64,000 bases of DNA, taken from NCBI GenBank assembly GCA_964439405.1, contig CAYTOC010000003.1, positions 20,480 through 84,479 on the forward strand, in the 5' to 3' direction. Numbering within the stretch: position 1 is the stretch's first letter; the number at the start of each line of letters is the position of its first letter. This DNA is from an uncultured Candidatus Saccharibacteria bacterium. GTDB taxonomy: Bacteria > Patescibacteriota > Saccharimonadia > Saccharimonadales > UBA4665. A program made the position numbers and the translations under genes. Below, piece by piece: positions 45,201 through 54,101 of the stretch. The notes below the pieces were generated by a model. That model did not search any database. It saw only the letters and a list, made by a program, of their open reading frames with translations, and had not been told where the DNA came from.

Positions 45201-45500
45201 GTGATTATTATGTTACTAATGACTACCAAAGAGGAATTTTTGCAGATTGAGCAAAATGCAGACGAGTTCATGCTTGATCAGTGTGGGAGAGATGTCGTCA
45301 TATCTACTCCTTTTGGTGAAATGACTGCGGCAGAGGCATACGAAGCCGAAGCAGATATGCGGGGTGAGAATGAGATCCGCCAAGCGCCACAACTACTGCG
45401 CGCAGCGCTCTGGGCTCGTCTATATAAGCGCGCAGATTCTTTGCCCGAGGCGTATCACGACCTGTTGGAAATAGAAGTACCCAATATACGGGGCCACTAA
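45201..45500 (+). CDS. hypothetical acidic protein
   Basis: 99-codon ORF; the start may be ATG 45210. ATGA-type overlap with the next gene. Confidence 0.45.
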   Translation: MIIMLLMTTKEEFLQIEQNADEFMLDQCGRDVVISTPFGEMTAAEAYEAEADMRGENEIRQAPQLLRAALWARLYKRADSLPEAYHDLLEIEVPNIRGH

Positions 45501-47032
45501 TGACTAAAGAGGGTGGACCCGCATTCCTTCCTAGTCCTGAACAGGATGTTGTTGAGCGGCAATTTGTGCAGGATAAATATGGCGACCAAGTAGTGACGTT
45601 CCGTGGCATGACGGGAACAATTAGTGACCTTGCCGAAAAAGGCTGCCCAATAGATTTAACGAATGTAGAACCAGAGAAAATTGAGCGCTACACAATCAAT
45701 ATCATGAATAGCTCTGGCGCTGAAATAGATCCCGAGGATGAGCAAAAATTCCGAGATACCCTTGAAGTTCAGGGTAAAGAGTTCAATATGAAGATTCGGG
45801 AAATCTCACAGTCTGTGGAAGGCGTTACAAAAGCTGAGGATATAAAGAAAAACGCCGTGGCTCACGAACAGACGGTAAAGAAAAGCTCACAAGAGAGCAT
45901 GCATACTCCAACTGTGCGGCAAGAATCCTCAGGACAAGATGTTGCTGTGCGTACTATCGACACTTCACCGCTAGAACCAAAACAAGTGCCAGAATTGCCA
46001 TCTAAAAACGAGGAAGTGCGTGCTGATGGCAAACAGACTGCTCCATTAGAGCAAGTTGATTATAATGCCTTGGAAAATATAGCTAATCAAGCAGCGACGG
46101 AGCAAAAGGCTAAAGTAGATGAAGAATTACCAGAACAGCATATTAGGGTTGAAGTAAAGCCTGCTATTGAAGTGCAATCGCAAGAAGAAAATATTAGTGA
46201 AGAAGCAGCATCAATCGAGTTGTTTGAGCCTAGTGTACTCGATAAGGAAAATCTTATTAGTACTGAAAAGCGCAGTGCTAACATCATTGATGCGGAAGAT
46301 ACCTCAGATGAGCTCAGCAATTTGTGGTATGAACTCAATAAGTCAGATATAGATACAGAGAGTATTGATGAAAATGAGGAGGCAGCGATGAAGCTAGGTG
46401 CTACGGCAGACTACTTGGTCGAAGAGGATGTAGCGCTCATCAGCGAAGCGCCAGAGCCAGAAGGTCAGGAACAGGAACCCCAAGCATCATTTACCGAAGA
46501 TTTAGAGCAAGCAGTTGCGGCATTTGAGGCTGAAGCCTCACCTGAAGATGCAGGAGAAGTTGAAAAGCTGTATCAAGAGCTGACCCAGATTGCTGAATTT
46601 ATTGCCGAACTACGCGAGGGGCAGGCTACAGAGCGACTTGTAGCGGGGTTGGTTGAAAATGAAGCGGGTGAAACTACCGAAATAAACGAGGTTATTGAAC
46701 ATGCTGGCCTACAGGGCATTACCGAGGAGCAGTTGGTGTCTCGGTTGGAAATCGTGTGCGAACAGCTACTGGACAAGCTTGAGATTGAGTACGACAAAGA
46801 GTTAATCCAGCTTATAGTTGCGGAGTTGCTTAAACCAAAAGCAGCCGAAGAGCAGGATTTCAGTATTGAAAACCTATCCGCCGAAGAGCGCGAAAAATTG
46901 GGCATGCACAATTACAAATATCGCCTAACCTTTACGCAACTGCAGCATGACATGGCGGACATAGAAGCAAGACTACAGGCATACATTGGCAAAGTTGCAG
47001 TGGCACGGGACGATTACGATTTAGCCGCATAA
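45500..47032 (+). CDS. hypothetical, very Glu/Asp-rich 510-aa protein
   Basis: Long ORF with low-complexity acidic composition. No motifs recognised. Confidence 0.6.
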   Translation: MTKEGGPAFLPSPEQDVVERQFVQDKYGDQVVTFRGMTGTISDLAEKGCPIDLTNVEPEKIERYTINIMNSSGAEIDPEDEQKFRDTLEVQGKEFNMKIREISQSVEGVTKAEDIKKNAVAHEQTVKKSSQESMHTPTVRQESSGQDVAVRTIDTSPLEPKQVPELPSKNEEVRADGKQTAPLEQVDYNALENIANQAATEQKAKVDEELPEQHIRVEVKPAIEVQSQEENISEEAASIELFEPSVLDKENLISTEKRSANIIDAEDTSDELSNLWYELNKSDIDTESIDENEEAAMKLGATADYLVEEDVALISEAPEPEGQEQEPQASFTEDLEQAVAAFEAEASPEDAGEVEKLYQELTQIAEFIAELREGQATERLVAGLVENEAGETTEINEVIEHAGLQGITEEQLVSRLEIVCEQLLDKLEIEYDKELIQLIVAELLKPKAAEEQDFSIENLSAEEREKLGMHNYKYRLTFTQLQHDMADIEARLQAYIGKVAVARDDYDLAA

Positions 47033-47134
47033 AGCTTTCGCCCCTGACGTGCTATACTAAGAAGCAACGAGTTGGTACTATGCAGGCAAATCACTAGATT
47101 ACTGCCCGGGCGCTCATAAGCGGAAGGGCTACCC

Positions 47135-47644
47135 ATGCAAACTGTCCAGCCAAAACATTTTATAGCCACAAGTAAAAATGGCCGTGAAGTCTACGTGCAC
47201 CTCACTCACTCGGTGGTTGCTAGTAGCATCTCGCGCCAACCCCGTCTGGTTACGTTACTTGCCGAACTACTACCAACAATTGACCTAAGTGAAAGCATGA
47301 TTGCCATAGAGCATGACATGGGTCGTCAGATTGGCTATGGCGAGATCGTAGAAACAAGCCCTAATGATACGGTTTTCTATGCTATGCAACTGCGCTCCAA
47401 GGTTTACACACGGTTCGTGAAGCATAAAGTCACTGAACCGACACAGAACATTACCATTCGCGCACAGCGTGACTCAGAAGACAACTACGAGATTGTAGCT
47501 GCACATATAGGCGCTAGCGCCCCTGCATTTCCAGACGAACCGGCAGCCACGCCCGAGAGCGCACTGTACTGGCAAAACCACGCCATGGTCTACAACGGGC
47601 AGCCTATTATTGGCGGTACCGTCACGAAAGACTGGCCGTACTAA
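47135..47644 (+). CDS. hypothetical protein
   Basis: 169-codon ORF. TGcTATACT promoter about 75 nt upstream. Confidence 0.55.
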   Translation: MQTVQPKHFIATSKNGREVYVHLTHSVVASSISRQPRLVTLLAELLPTIDLSESMIAIEHDMGRQIGYGEIVETSPNDTVFYAMQLRSKVYTRFVKHKVTEPTQNITIRAQRDSEDNYEIVAAHIGASAPAFPDEPAATPESALYWQNHAMVYNGQPIIGGTVTKDWPY

Positions 47645-47679
47645 AAATAAAATAACCCCACTCTGTGAGGGTTATTTTA
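47645..47679. terminator. bidirectional terminator hairpin
   Basis: AAAATAACCC...GGGTTATTTT. Confidence 0.65.
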
Positions 47680-47756
47680 TGGTGGCCCCGGAATGATTCG
47701 AACATTCGACCTTAGGCTTAGAAGTCCTCTGCTCTATCCAGCTGAGCTACGGGGCC
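47680..47756 (-). tRNA. tRNA-Arg(UCU), CCA encoded, non-canonical anticodon stem
   Basis: Reverse complement reads GGCCCCG...GAGGA-CTTCTAA-GCCTA...CGGGGCC-A-CCA. Only 3 Watson-Crick pairs in the anticodon stem. Confidence 0.8.
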
Positions 47757-47907
47757 TCGTCGAAGCCTACACATAAGTCTCGTTTTGCCTATCAGCAAAA
47801 GCTTCGACCTACTGCTATGCTTCTCCTCTCAAAATCATGTTCAGTCGCTGCGCTCCTTAGACCATGATTTTGGGCAACAAAAACTGTGTTTTTGTTTAGA
47901 ACATCAC

Positions 47908-47982
47908 TGGTGCGGGTGCGGGGAATCGAACCCCGATCTCGAGTTTGGAAAACTCGCATACTAACCGCTGTACTACACCCGC
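47908..47982 (-). tRNA. tRNA-Gly(UCC), CCA encoded
   Basis: Reverse complement reads GCGGGTG...CGAGT-TTTCCAA-ACTCG...CACCCGC-A-CCA. Confidence 0.95.
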
Positions 47983-48077
47983 GACTTTTTGATTATAACG
48001 AAAGGATAGAGAAGACACAAAAGAGCTTGCTCGTTTTGTTCTGAGCGAGTTTCGTTATGTCTGTAGAACATAACAGA

Positions 48078-49613
48078 TTAGCTCTCTTGAAAGACTTCGA
48101 TTTGGGCACCGATAGTATTCAGGCGCTTTGCCAGGTCTTCATAACCGCGATTGATTGAATAGACATCGCGCAGGATTGACTGCCCTGGCGCGGCCAGCAT
48201 GGCAAGCAAAATGATAACTGATGGCCGGAGGGCAGGCGGCGCCACCACATCTGCAGGTTTCCACTTGGTTGGACCGGTGATATACACGCGGTGCGGGTCA
48301 ACTAATTCTATCTTTGCATTGAGCTTTGAAAGCTCAGTAAAGTAAATGGCGCGGTTTTCGTACGCCCAATCGTGGACAAGCGTTCGGCCGTGTGCAGCAG
48401 TAGCGATGAGGCCTAAGAATGGTAAGTTATCTTGGTTTATGCCAGGGAATGGTAGTGCGTGCAATTTGTCTTTGGCGGCGTGGAGGTCGGATTTATGTAT
48501 AGTCACGTCAACAAGCCGTGTGGCGCCATTATGCGCAAGATATTCTGAGCTGAGGCTGTACTGCAACCCCATACCCTCAAGTGTTGCCAGCTCGACTTCC
48601 AGAAACTCAATCGGTGCGCGCGTGATAGTAATCTCAGATCTTGTAACGACTGCCGCGGCGATGAAGCTCATCGCCTCAATCGGATCCTCACTTGGGTAGT
48701 ATTCGACGTTCTTTTTGATTGAACGTACGCCATGCACTTTTAGAATTGTCGTGCCAATGCCTTCAATCTTCACGCCGAGTTTCTGCAGAAAGAAACACAG
48801 GTCTTGAATTGCATAGTTAGGGCTGGCATTACGAATAACAGTCTCGCCCGGAAAGAGAGCCGCCGCCATAAGAATATTTTCGGTAACAGTATCACCACGT
48901 TCGGTTAGCAAGATCGCCCGATTAGGTGCTTTTTCTGTAACGGTCGCGTGATAGTAATCAGTCCCAGGGCGAGCCTCAACGTCCATACCAAATTCTCGCA
49001 ATCCAACCATATGCGGCTCGACGGTGCGCGTACCTAGGTCGCAGCCGCCGGCAAATGGCAGCTTGAAATCGTTGTATTGATGCAATAGAGGGCCGAGGAA
49101 CATAATGACGGTGCGTGTGCGCTTGGCGGCATTGATGTCCATTTTTTCAAGTTGCAGACGAGCAGGCGGTATAATCTCAAGGTCGTTTTCGTCATTTAGC
49201 CAGCGTACTTTGACGCCAATGCTAGTGAGCACCTCAATAATACGGTTTACTTCTTCAATACGTGCGACGCGACGCAAGATAGTTGTGCCTTTGTTGAGCA
49301 AGCTCGCACAGAGCAGGCCAACCGCAGCGTTCTTGCTGGTTTTGACTTCAATTTCACCGGATAGTTTATGTCCACCGTGTACGCGAAAATTCAGTTTACC
49401 CGACTGGTTGAGTGTTACAAGGTTACTTGACAGCACGTCGCTAATGCGTGCTATCATCTCAATGCTGATATTTTGTTTACCCTTTTCGATGCGGTTAATC
49501 GCACTCTGACTTGTATTAATAGCGCTGGCCAGTTGTGCTTGTGTCAGGCCTCGATTGCGGCGGGTCTCTTGTATAAGTGAGCCAATTCTAGCTTTATATA
49601 CATCAGTATCCAT
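48078..49613 (-). CDS. murA: XRE-type HTH domain fused to UDP-N-acetylglucosamine 1-carboxyvinyltransferase (MurA)
   Basis: Residues ~10-65 read RGLTQAQLASAINTSQSAINRIEKGKQNISIEMIARI. The rest is full-length MurA (FRVHGGHKLSGEIEV.TSKNAAVGLL, FAGGCDLGTRTVEPH). Confidence 0.9.
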   Translation of the reverse strand: MDTDVYKARIGSLIQETRRNRGLTQAQLASAINTSQSAINRIEKGKQNISIEMIARISDVLSSNLVTLNQSGKLNFRVHGGHKLSGEIEVKTSKNAAVGLLCASLLNKGTTILRRVARIEEVNRIIEVLTSIGVKVRWLNDENDLEIIPPARLQLEKMDINAAKRTRTVIMFLGPLLHQYNDFKLPFAGGCDLGTRTVEPHMVGLREFGMDVEARPGTDYYHATVTEKAPNRAILLTERGDTVTENILMAAALFPGETVIRNASPNYAIQDLCFFLQKLGVKIEGIGTTILKVHGVRSIKKNVEYYPSEDPIEAMSFIAAAVVTRSEITITRAPIEFLEVELATLEGMGLQYSLSSEYLAHNGATRLVDVTIHKSDLHAAKDKLHALPFPGINQDNLPFLGLIATAAHGRTLVHDWAYENRAIYFTELSKLNAKIELVDPHRVYITGPTKWKPADVVAPPALRPSVIILLAMLAAPGQSILRDVYSINRGYEDLAKRLNTIGAQIEVFQES

Positions 49614-49620
49614 CCTCTCA

Positions 49621-49640
49621 TTATATCACAAGTGATATAA
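49621..49640. promoter_or_regulatory. perfect 9-2-9 palindrome TTATATCAC-AA-GTGATATAA overlapping the murA -10 box
   Basis: The minus-strand TATAAT at 49625-49620 lies within the palindrome arm. ATG 49613 is 6 nt downstream. Confidence 0.5.
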
Positions 49641-49772
49641 ATTATGCAAGTCTAAAATTCTAAAAACTATGGCTAGTATAGTCTCTGCTCAGTCAAATTG
49701 CTACAATACCGATATGATTTAGCAAACCCTAGCCAACTAGCTTATAATTACCAAATAAGAAGGGGTTTGACT

Positions 49773-51050
49773 ATGACTGACACACAAATCAGCGATCTAA
49801 TAGCAGGTGAAGAACAGCGAGAGCGTGAGGGGCTGGAACTGATTCCGAGTGAAAATTACGTTTCGGGGGATGTATTAACAGCGCTTGGTAGCGTATTTAC
49901 CAATAAGTACTCTGAGGGGTATCCGGGTAGGCGCTATTATGGTGGGCAGGATTTTACTGATCCACTGGAGCAGCTTGCTATTGATAGGGCAAAGCAGCTC
50001 TTTGGGGCTGATCATGCCAACGTACAGCCACATTCAGGGGCACCGGCCAACGAAGCGGTCTATAGTGCATGGCTTGAGCCAGGTGATACGGTGTTGGCAA
50101 TGGATTTGAGCCACGGTGGCCACTTAACACATGGTGCGCCAGTGACGCGTTCTGCTAAGCTCTATAACTTTATCCGCTACAAAATGAAAGATCCGGCTAC
50201 GGGTGAGATTGACTATGACGAACTTCGCGAGTTAGCTCGTAAACATAAACCAAAGATTATTTTGGCTGGTTTCAGCGCGTATCCGCGCGAGCTTGATTAC
50301 GCCAAATTTGCTGCAATTGGCAATGAGGTAGGTGCGCTGCTTATGGCAGATATGGCACACATTGCTGGCCTAATCGCTGGCGGCGTGGCAAAGAACCCTT
50401 TCGACTACGGCTTCCACGTCATTACCACGACGACACACAAAACACTCCGTGGTCCGCGTGGCGGCCTGATCTTGAGCAAAGGCGTGGTTGGTAATCCGCT
50501 GAAGGCACCAGAGAAGACGCTTGAAAATATCCCAACACTGATTGATAGATCAATCTTCCCTGGCATGCAGGGCGGTCCGCATATGCATGTGATTGCCGCA
50601 AAAGCGGTGGCGTTTGGCGAAGCACTAAAACCTGAATTTAAAGAGTATGCAGCGCAGATTGTGAAGAACGCTGCACGCCTGGCAGACGAACTGCAGAGTA
50701 GGGGTTTTGAGCTCGTTACGGGCGGCACTAGCAATCATTTGATTCTGGCGGATGTCCACAAAAGCTTTGGCATTGATGGCAAGGTCGCAGAAATAGCGCT
50801 CGATAAAATTGGCCTGACGCTCAATGCTAATAGCGTGGCTGATGACCCGCTGCCACCATTCCGTCCTAGTGGTATCCGCCTTGGCACACCCGCAATCACG
50901 ACACGGGGCCTCAAAGAAGACGATATGGTGACGATTGCTGAATGGATGAAGCAAGCCATTGACGCCCGCGACGATGCAACTACGCTAGCAAAACTACGCA
51001 AAGAAGTAACAGCATTTGCTCTCAAGTTCCCACTCCCCAGCGACAACTAG
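49773..51050 (+). CDS. glyA: serine hydroxymethyltransferase
   Basis: LELIPSENY, YSEGYPGRRYYGG and TTTTHKTLRGPRGG. Start at ATG 49773 with an AAGAAGGGG SD. Confidence 0.97.
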   Translation: MTDTQISDLIAGEEQREREGLELIPSENYVSGDVLTALGSVFTNKYSEGYPGRRYYGGQDFTDPLEQLAIDRAKQLFGADHANVQPHSGAPANEAVYSAWLEPGDTVLAMDLSHGGHLTHGAPVTRSAKLYNFIRYKMKDPATGEIDYDELRELARKHKPKIILAGFSAYPRELDYAKFAAIGNEVGALLMADMAHIAGLIAGGVAKNPFDYGFHVITTTTHKTLRGPRGGLILSKGVVGNPLKAPEKTLENIPTLIDRSIFPGMQGGPHMHVIAAKAVAFGEALKPEFKEYAAQIVKNAARLADELQSRGFELVTGGTSNHLILADVHKSFGIDGKVAEIALDKIGLTLNANSVADDPLPPFRPSGIRLGTPAITTRGLKEDDMVTIAEWMKQAIDARDDATTLAKLRKEVTAFALKFPLPSDN

Positions 51051-52087
51051 AAGCGACCTAAGAAACGAGGTTCGGGAGAGAGGGTGATGTCTAATTTTTG
51101 CTTCACAGTCGCAATAATTTCACTTGATACTGCATAAATTTGCGAAGCTGTTGCATTTCCTGTGTTCTGTATTTTCAATAAATTATGGTCATGTAGTTTT
51201 ATGCTACCCCAACTTTGCCCACGGCTAAAGCCTGCCGCAAGCAGTACATGAGCGGCAGAAACACGCTTTTGGTCGCCGCCGTGTACGGTGTTCATTTTTT
51301 TGATAGCTTCGGCGGTTTTGCCGGTTTCATCAAACTGAATAATGTGCTCAACCTGATCTGCGGTAACGAGCGGATTGCGGAAAAATGAACCAGCAGTTTT
51401 ATCGAAATCTGCGGGGTTGCGATAATCCCATAGCGAGCCAGCACGCTCACGAGCAGCTAGCGTTCCATCGCGCCTTCCTATGAGCGTTTGTACGTCACTC
51501 GCAACATCAAGGATAGACTGGTATGTCACTGGTTTTGTAGCTTCAGGGGCTAGCGTAAAGGCAGCACGCAGGATAATCAGGTGTGCGTGGCTAGGTTCCT
51601 GCAAAATACTGCTACGGTAGCCCAGTGCCAGCTCTGCCGCTGGGATATGCAGCATTTCGTGTGATTGCGTGTCCAACACTTCAACCCAGGCTAGCGTATC
51701 GCTCACTGCTTGGCCGTAGGCGGCGATGTTGCCAACTACTGCGGCGCCAACACTCCCGGGGATAGCGCTGGTGAGCTCAAGCCCCCAAAGATTTTCGGCG
51801 ATTGCGTATGCAACCAGGTCGTCCCACCAAGTTCCTGATTCAGCAATGAGTAGATTTCCGTCGCGCTGCAGGCCGCTATTGCGTAAAAGCAGCGTAATGC
51901 CTGATAGACCGGCGTCCGACACAAGCACGTTTGCCCCGTAGCCAAGGACGGTGACATGTGCGAGTGGATCGGTTTGCAACAAATTTGCAATCTCATCAGT
52001 AGATTCGATAGTGACGAGCGTGTCTGCCTGTCCGCCGACGCCAAGCGAAGTATATGGTGCGAGCGGAGCATTGTGAACAATCTGCAT
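51047..52087 (-). CDS. murB: UDP-N-acetylenolpyruvoylglucosamine reductase MurB
   Basis: APLAPYTSLGVGGQAD, GYGANVLVSD and GSFFRNP. Start set to ATG 52087, 7 nt after TATACT. Confidence 0.88.
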   Translation of the reverse strand: MQIVHNAPLAPYTSLGVGGQADTLVTIESTDEIANLLQTDPLAHVTVLGYGANVLVSDAGLSGITLLLRNSGLQRDGNLLIAESGTWWDDLVAYAIAENLWGLELTSAIPGSVGAAVVGNIAAYGQAVSDTLAWVEVLDTQSHEMLHIPAAELALGYRSSILQEPSHAHLIILRAAFTLAPEATKPVTYQSILDVASDVQTLIGRRDGTLAARERAGSLWDYRNPADFDKTAGSFFRNPLVTADQVEHIIQFDETGKTAEAIKKMNTVHGGDQKRVSAAHVLLAAGFSRGQSWGSIKLHDHNLLKIQNTGNATASQIYAVSSEIIATVKQKLDITLSPEPRFLGRF

Positions 52088-52135
52088 ATCTGTCAGTATA
52101 GCTTTTTTTACAGAGCGGGGGTAGTATAGAAATGT

Positions 52136-52678
52136 ATGGATAGTCACGCAGAATCAACACCATTCAGTAATCTTGGCAGCACACTGAAGCTATGGCGTCA
52201 CCAACAGCGGGAGAGTCTGGCAGAGGTTGCCGGGGCGGTGGAGCTCGCAGAAGACGAGCTGCGCCAGATTGAGCTTGGGCTTGAGCGGCCAAGCGAGGAT
52301 ATTCTGATGCTGCTCATACACCACTTTGATTTACCGGAAGAAGAGGCAGTTCGGTTATGGGAGCTTGCCGGCTATAGCCCTGACGAAGAACAAGATGATG
52401 ATCTACAGACAGAAGTTAAGGCTGCCGCGAAGACGATTGTTATGGCGATTGCTATGGATCCGCGCGTCATGTACAGCGATGGCCTACAGATTACTGCGAA
52501 TGAGCGTGGCTTGATCTTGAACTTCTTACAGCCTGGACTCGCAAATGCGCCAGCTATGCCAATTGCTCGTATAGGCGTTAGCCGTGAGCAGGCTCACAAC
52601 ATGATTCGTCTCCTACAGGATACACTCGACACGCTGGACAACCCCCCAGCGCCTAAACAGCTGCCACCTCAAGTCTAA
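52136..52678 (+). CDS. XRE-family HTH protein
   Basis: LKLWRHQQRESLAEVAGAVELAEDELRQIELGLERPSEDILMLL. Divergent from murB. Confidence 0.7.
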   Translation: MDSHAESTPFSNLGSTLKLWRHQQRESLAEVAGAVELAEDELRQIELGLERPSEDILMLLIHHFDLPEEEAVRLWELAGYSPDEEQDDDLQTEVKAAAKTIVMAIAMDPRVMYSDGLQITANERGLILNFLQPGLANAPAMPIARIGVSREQAHNMIRLLQDTLDTLDNPPAPKQLPPQV

Positions 52679-52701
52679 TCTGGTATAATAGCCGTCTATG
52701 A

Positions 52702-52778
52702 GCCCCGTTAGCTCAATTGGATAGAGCGTTGGTTTCCGGTACCAAAGGTTGCAGGTTCAATTCCTGTGCGGGGTACCA
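52702..52778 (+). tRNA. tRNA-Arg(CCG), CCA encoded
   Basis: TTGGT-TTCCGGT-ACCAA anticodon arm. TGgTATAAT promoter at 52681-52689. Confidence 0.93.
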
Positions 52779-52800
52779 AAAGCGATAGTTTATGCACCAT

Positions 52801-52877
52801 GCACCGGTAGCTCAGTGGATTAGAGCATCTGTCTTCGGAACAGAGGGTCGGGGGTTCGAGTCCCTCCCGGTGCACCA
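52801..52877 (+). tRNA. tRNA-Arg(UCG), CCA encoded
   Basis: GCACCGG/CCGGTGC acceptor. TCTGT-CTTCGGA-ACAGA anticodon arm. Confidence 0.93.
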
Positions 52878-52895
52878 TGCAATTATTAGAAGATC

Positions 52896-53309
52896 ATGAA
52901 GATATTTATTACCGCCAGTAAGTCTGCATATCATAAAGTCGCCGATGTTATTACTGAACTCGAAAAGGTAGGGCATTCAGTCACGCCTCCAAACAAGTTT
53001 GATAATCCGGACGAAGAGTTAACCATTCGCGAGCTTTCTCAGGCCGAACACGCTGCTTGGAAAGGCGATATTATTCATGAAGACATGGAGATTGTGGCTG
53101 CGCACGACGCAATACTTGTTTTAAATGTCGTAGAAAAGTATGGCCAGCAGAATTATATAGGCGGATCGACATTTCTGGAGATGTTTAAGGCTTTCGAGTT
53201 GGGGAAGAAGCTCTATCTGTATAATCCTATTCCTGATGGTATGCTAACGGATGAAATCATTGGGTTCTCACCAGTTGTCATACATGGTGATCTTTCACTT
53301 ATCAATTAG
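52896..53309 (+). CDS. nucleoside 2-deoxyribosyltransferase-like (Rossmann-like) small protein
   Basis: MKIFITAS...AILVLNV...YIGGSTFLEMFKAFELGKKLYLYNPIP. Family call by pattern only. Confidence 0.45.
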   Translation: MKIFITASKSAYHKVADVITELEKVGHSVTPPNKFDNPDEELTIRELSQAEHAAWKGDIIHEDMEIVAAHDAILVLNVVEKYGQQNYIGGSTFLEMFKAFELGKKLYLYNPIPDGMLTDEIIGFSPVVIHGDLSLIN

Positions 53310-53504
53310 AAACATTCTTTATGCTTTTGCCGCTACTTTCTTGCCCAAAAAAGCTTTATCTGTAAATTTGTTAAAAATCATGCTATACTGCCGCTACTAG
53401 AAGCTAGCTGCAGAAGATGTTCTAGATAGTAAAGTAAGAAAAGTGTTCGAGGAGCAGCTAACTGGCCATCCAGGTTACCTCTGAGCAAACAGGAGTAATA
53501 CCTA

Positions 53505-53834
53505 ATGGCAACAAAACTATTTGTCGGCTCACTGCCCTACAGCACAACCGACGACGAACTACAGGCAACATTTGCACCTTTTGGTGATGTTGCTTCAGCA
53601 AAGGTCATCTTTGACCGCGAAACTGGCCGCTCAAAAGGCTTTGGTTTCGTTGAGTTTGAAGACGACAACGCTGCAAAGGAAGCTATCAAGCAACTTGATG
53701 GTTCTGACTTTGGTGGTCGCGCGCTCGTAGTCAACGAAGCACGTCCACAAGAACCACGCGGTGAGCGTCGCTCATTTGGCGGCGGTAACGGTGGCGGTTA
53801 TAGCGGCAACGGTGGTGGCGGTCGTCGCTACTAA
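53505..53834 (+). CDS. RRM-type RNA-binding protein with Gly/Arg-rich tail
   Basis: RNP2 KLFVGSL, RNP1 KGFGFVEF and a C-terminal GGGNGGGYSGNGGGGRR tail. Confidence 0.9.
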   Translation: MATKLFVGSLPYSTTDDELQATFAPFGDVASAKVIFDRETGRSKGFGFVEFEDDNAAKEAIKQLDGSDFGGRALVVNEARPQEPRGERRSFGGGNGGGYSGNGGGGRRY

Positions 53835-53853
53835 CCCAGCGAAACGCTAACCT

Positions 53854-53885
53854 AAAAAAGACCCGATTTACTCGGGTCTTTTTTA
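53854..53885 (+). terminator. intrinsic terminator
   Basis: AAAAAAGACCCG-loop-CGGGTCTTTTTT. Confidence 0.8.
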
Positions 53886-53947
53886 CTGACTCTCAGTCTT
53901 GAAAAAACAGAGGTATTTTGCTAAAATTGTGCAGTCACCCAAGTTCT

Positions 53948-54024
53948 GGGTCAGTAGCTCAGCTGGTTAGAGCGTCTGCCTCTTAAGCAGAATGTCGAGG
54001 GTTCAAGTCCCTCCTGACCCTCCA
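53948..54024 (+). tRNA. tRNA-Lys(CUU), CCA encoded
   Basis: TCTGC-CTCTTAA-GCAGA anticodon arm. GGGTCAG/CTGACCC acceptor. Confidence 0.95.
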
Positions 54025-54101
54025 AGATAAGACCGTCCGTCCGGGCGGTTTTTTCTTGAGAGAGCAACATAGGGTGCATCATAGGATATAATAACAAGTT
54101 G

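Noticed and set aside
45035-47680. Whether the segment between tRNA-His and tRNA-Arg(UCU) is a second integrated island.
   Set aside because: No integrase is present. I found no copy of either tRNA 3' end at the opposite boundary. Composition looks like the surrounding chromosome.
49689-49772. The listed glyA start at 49698, and a leaderless-looking three-codon ORF (ATG ATT TAG at 49713) just after a TACAAT box.
   Set aside because: glyA homology begins at ATG 49773, which has a good SD. The mini-ORF is probably just the transcript 5' end; there is not enough evidence to call a regulatory uORF.
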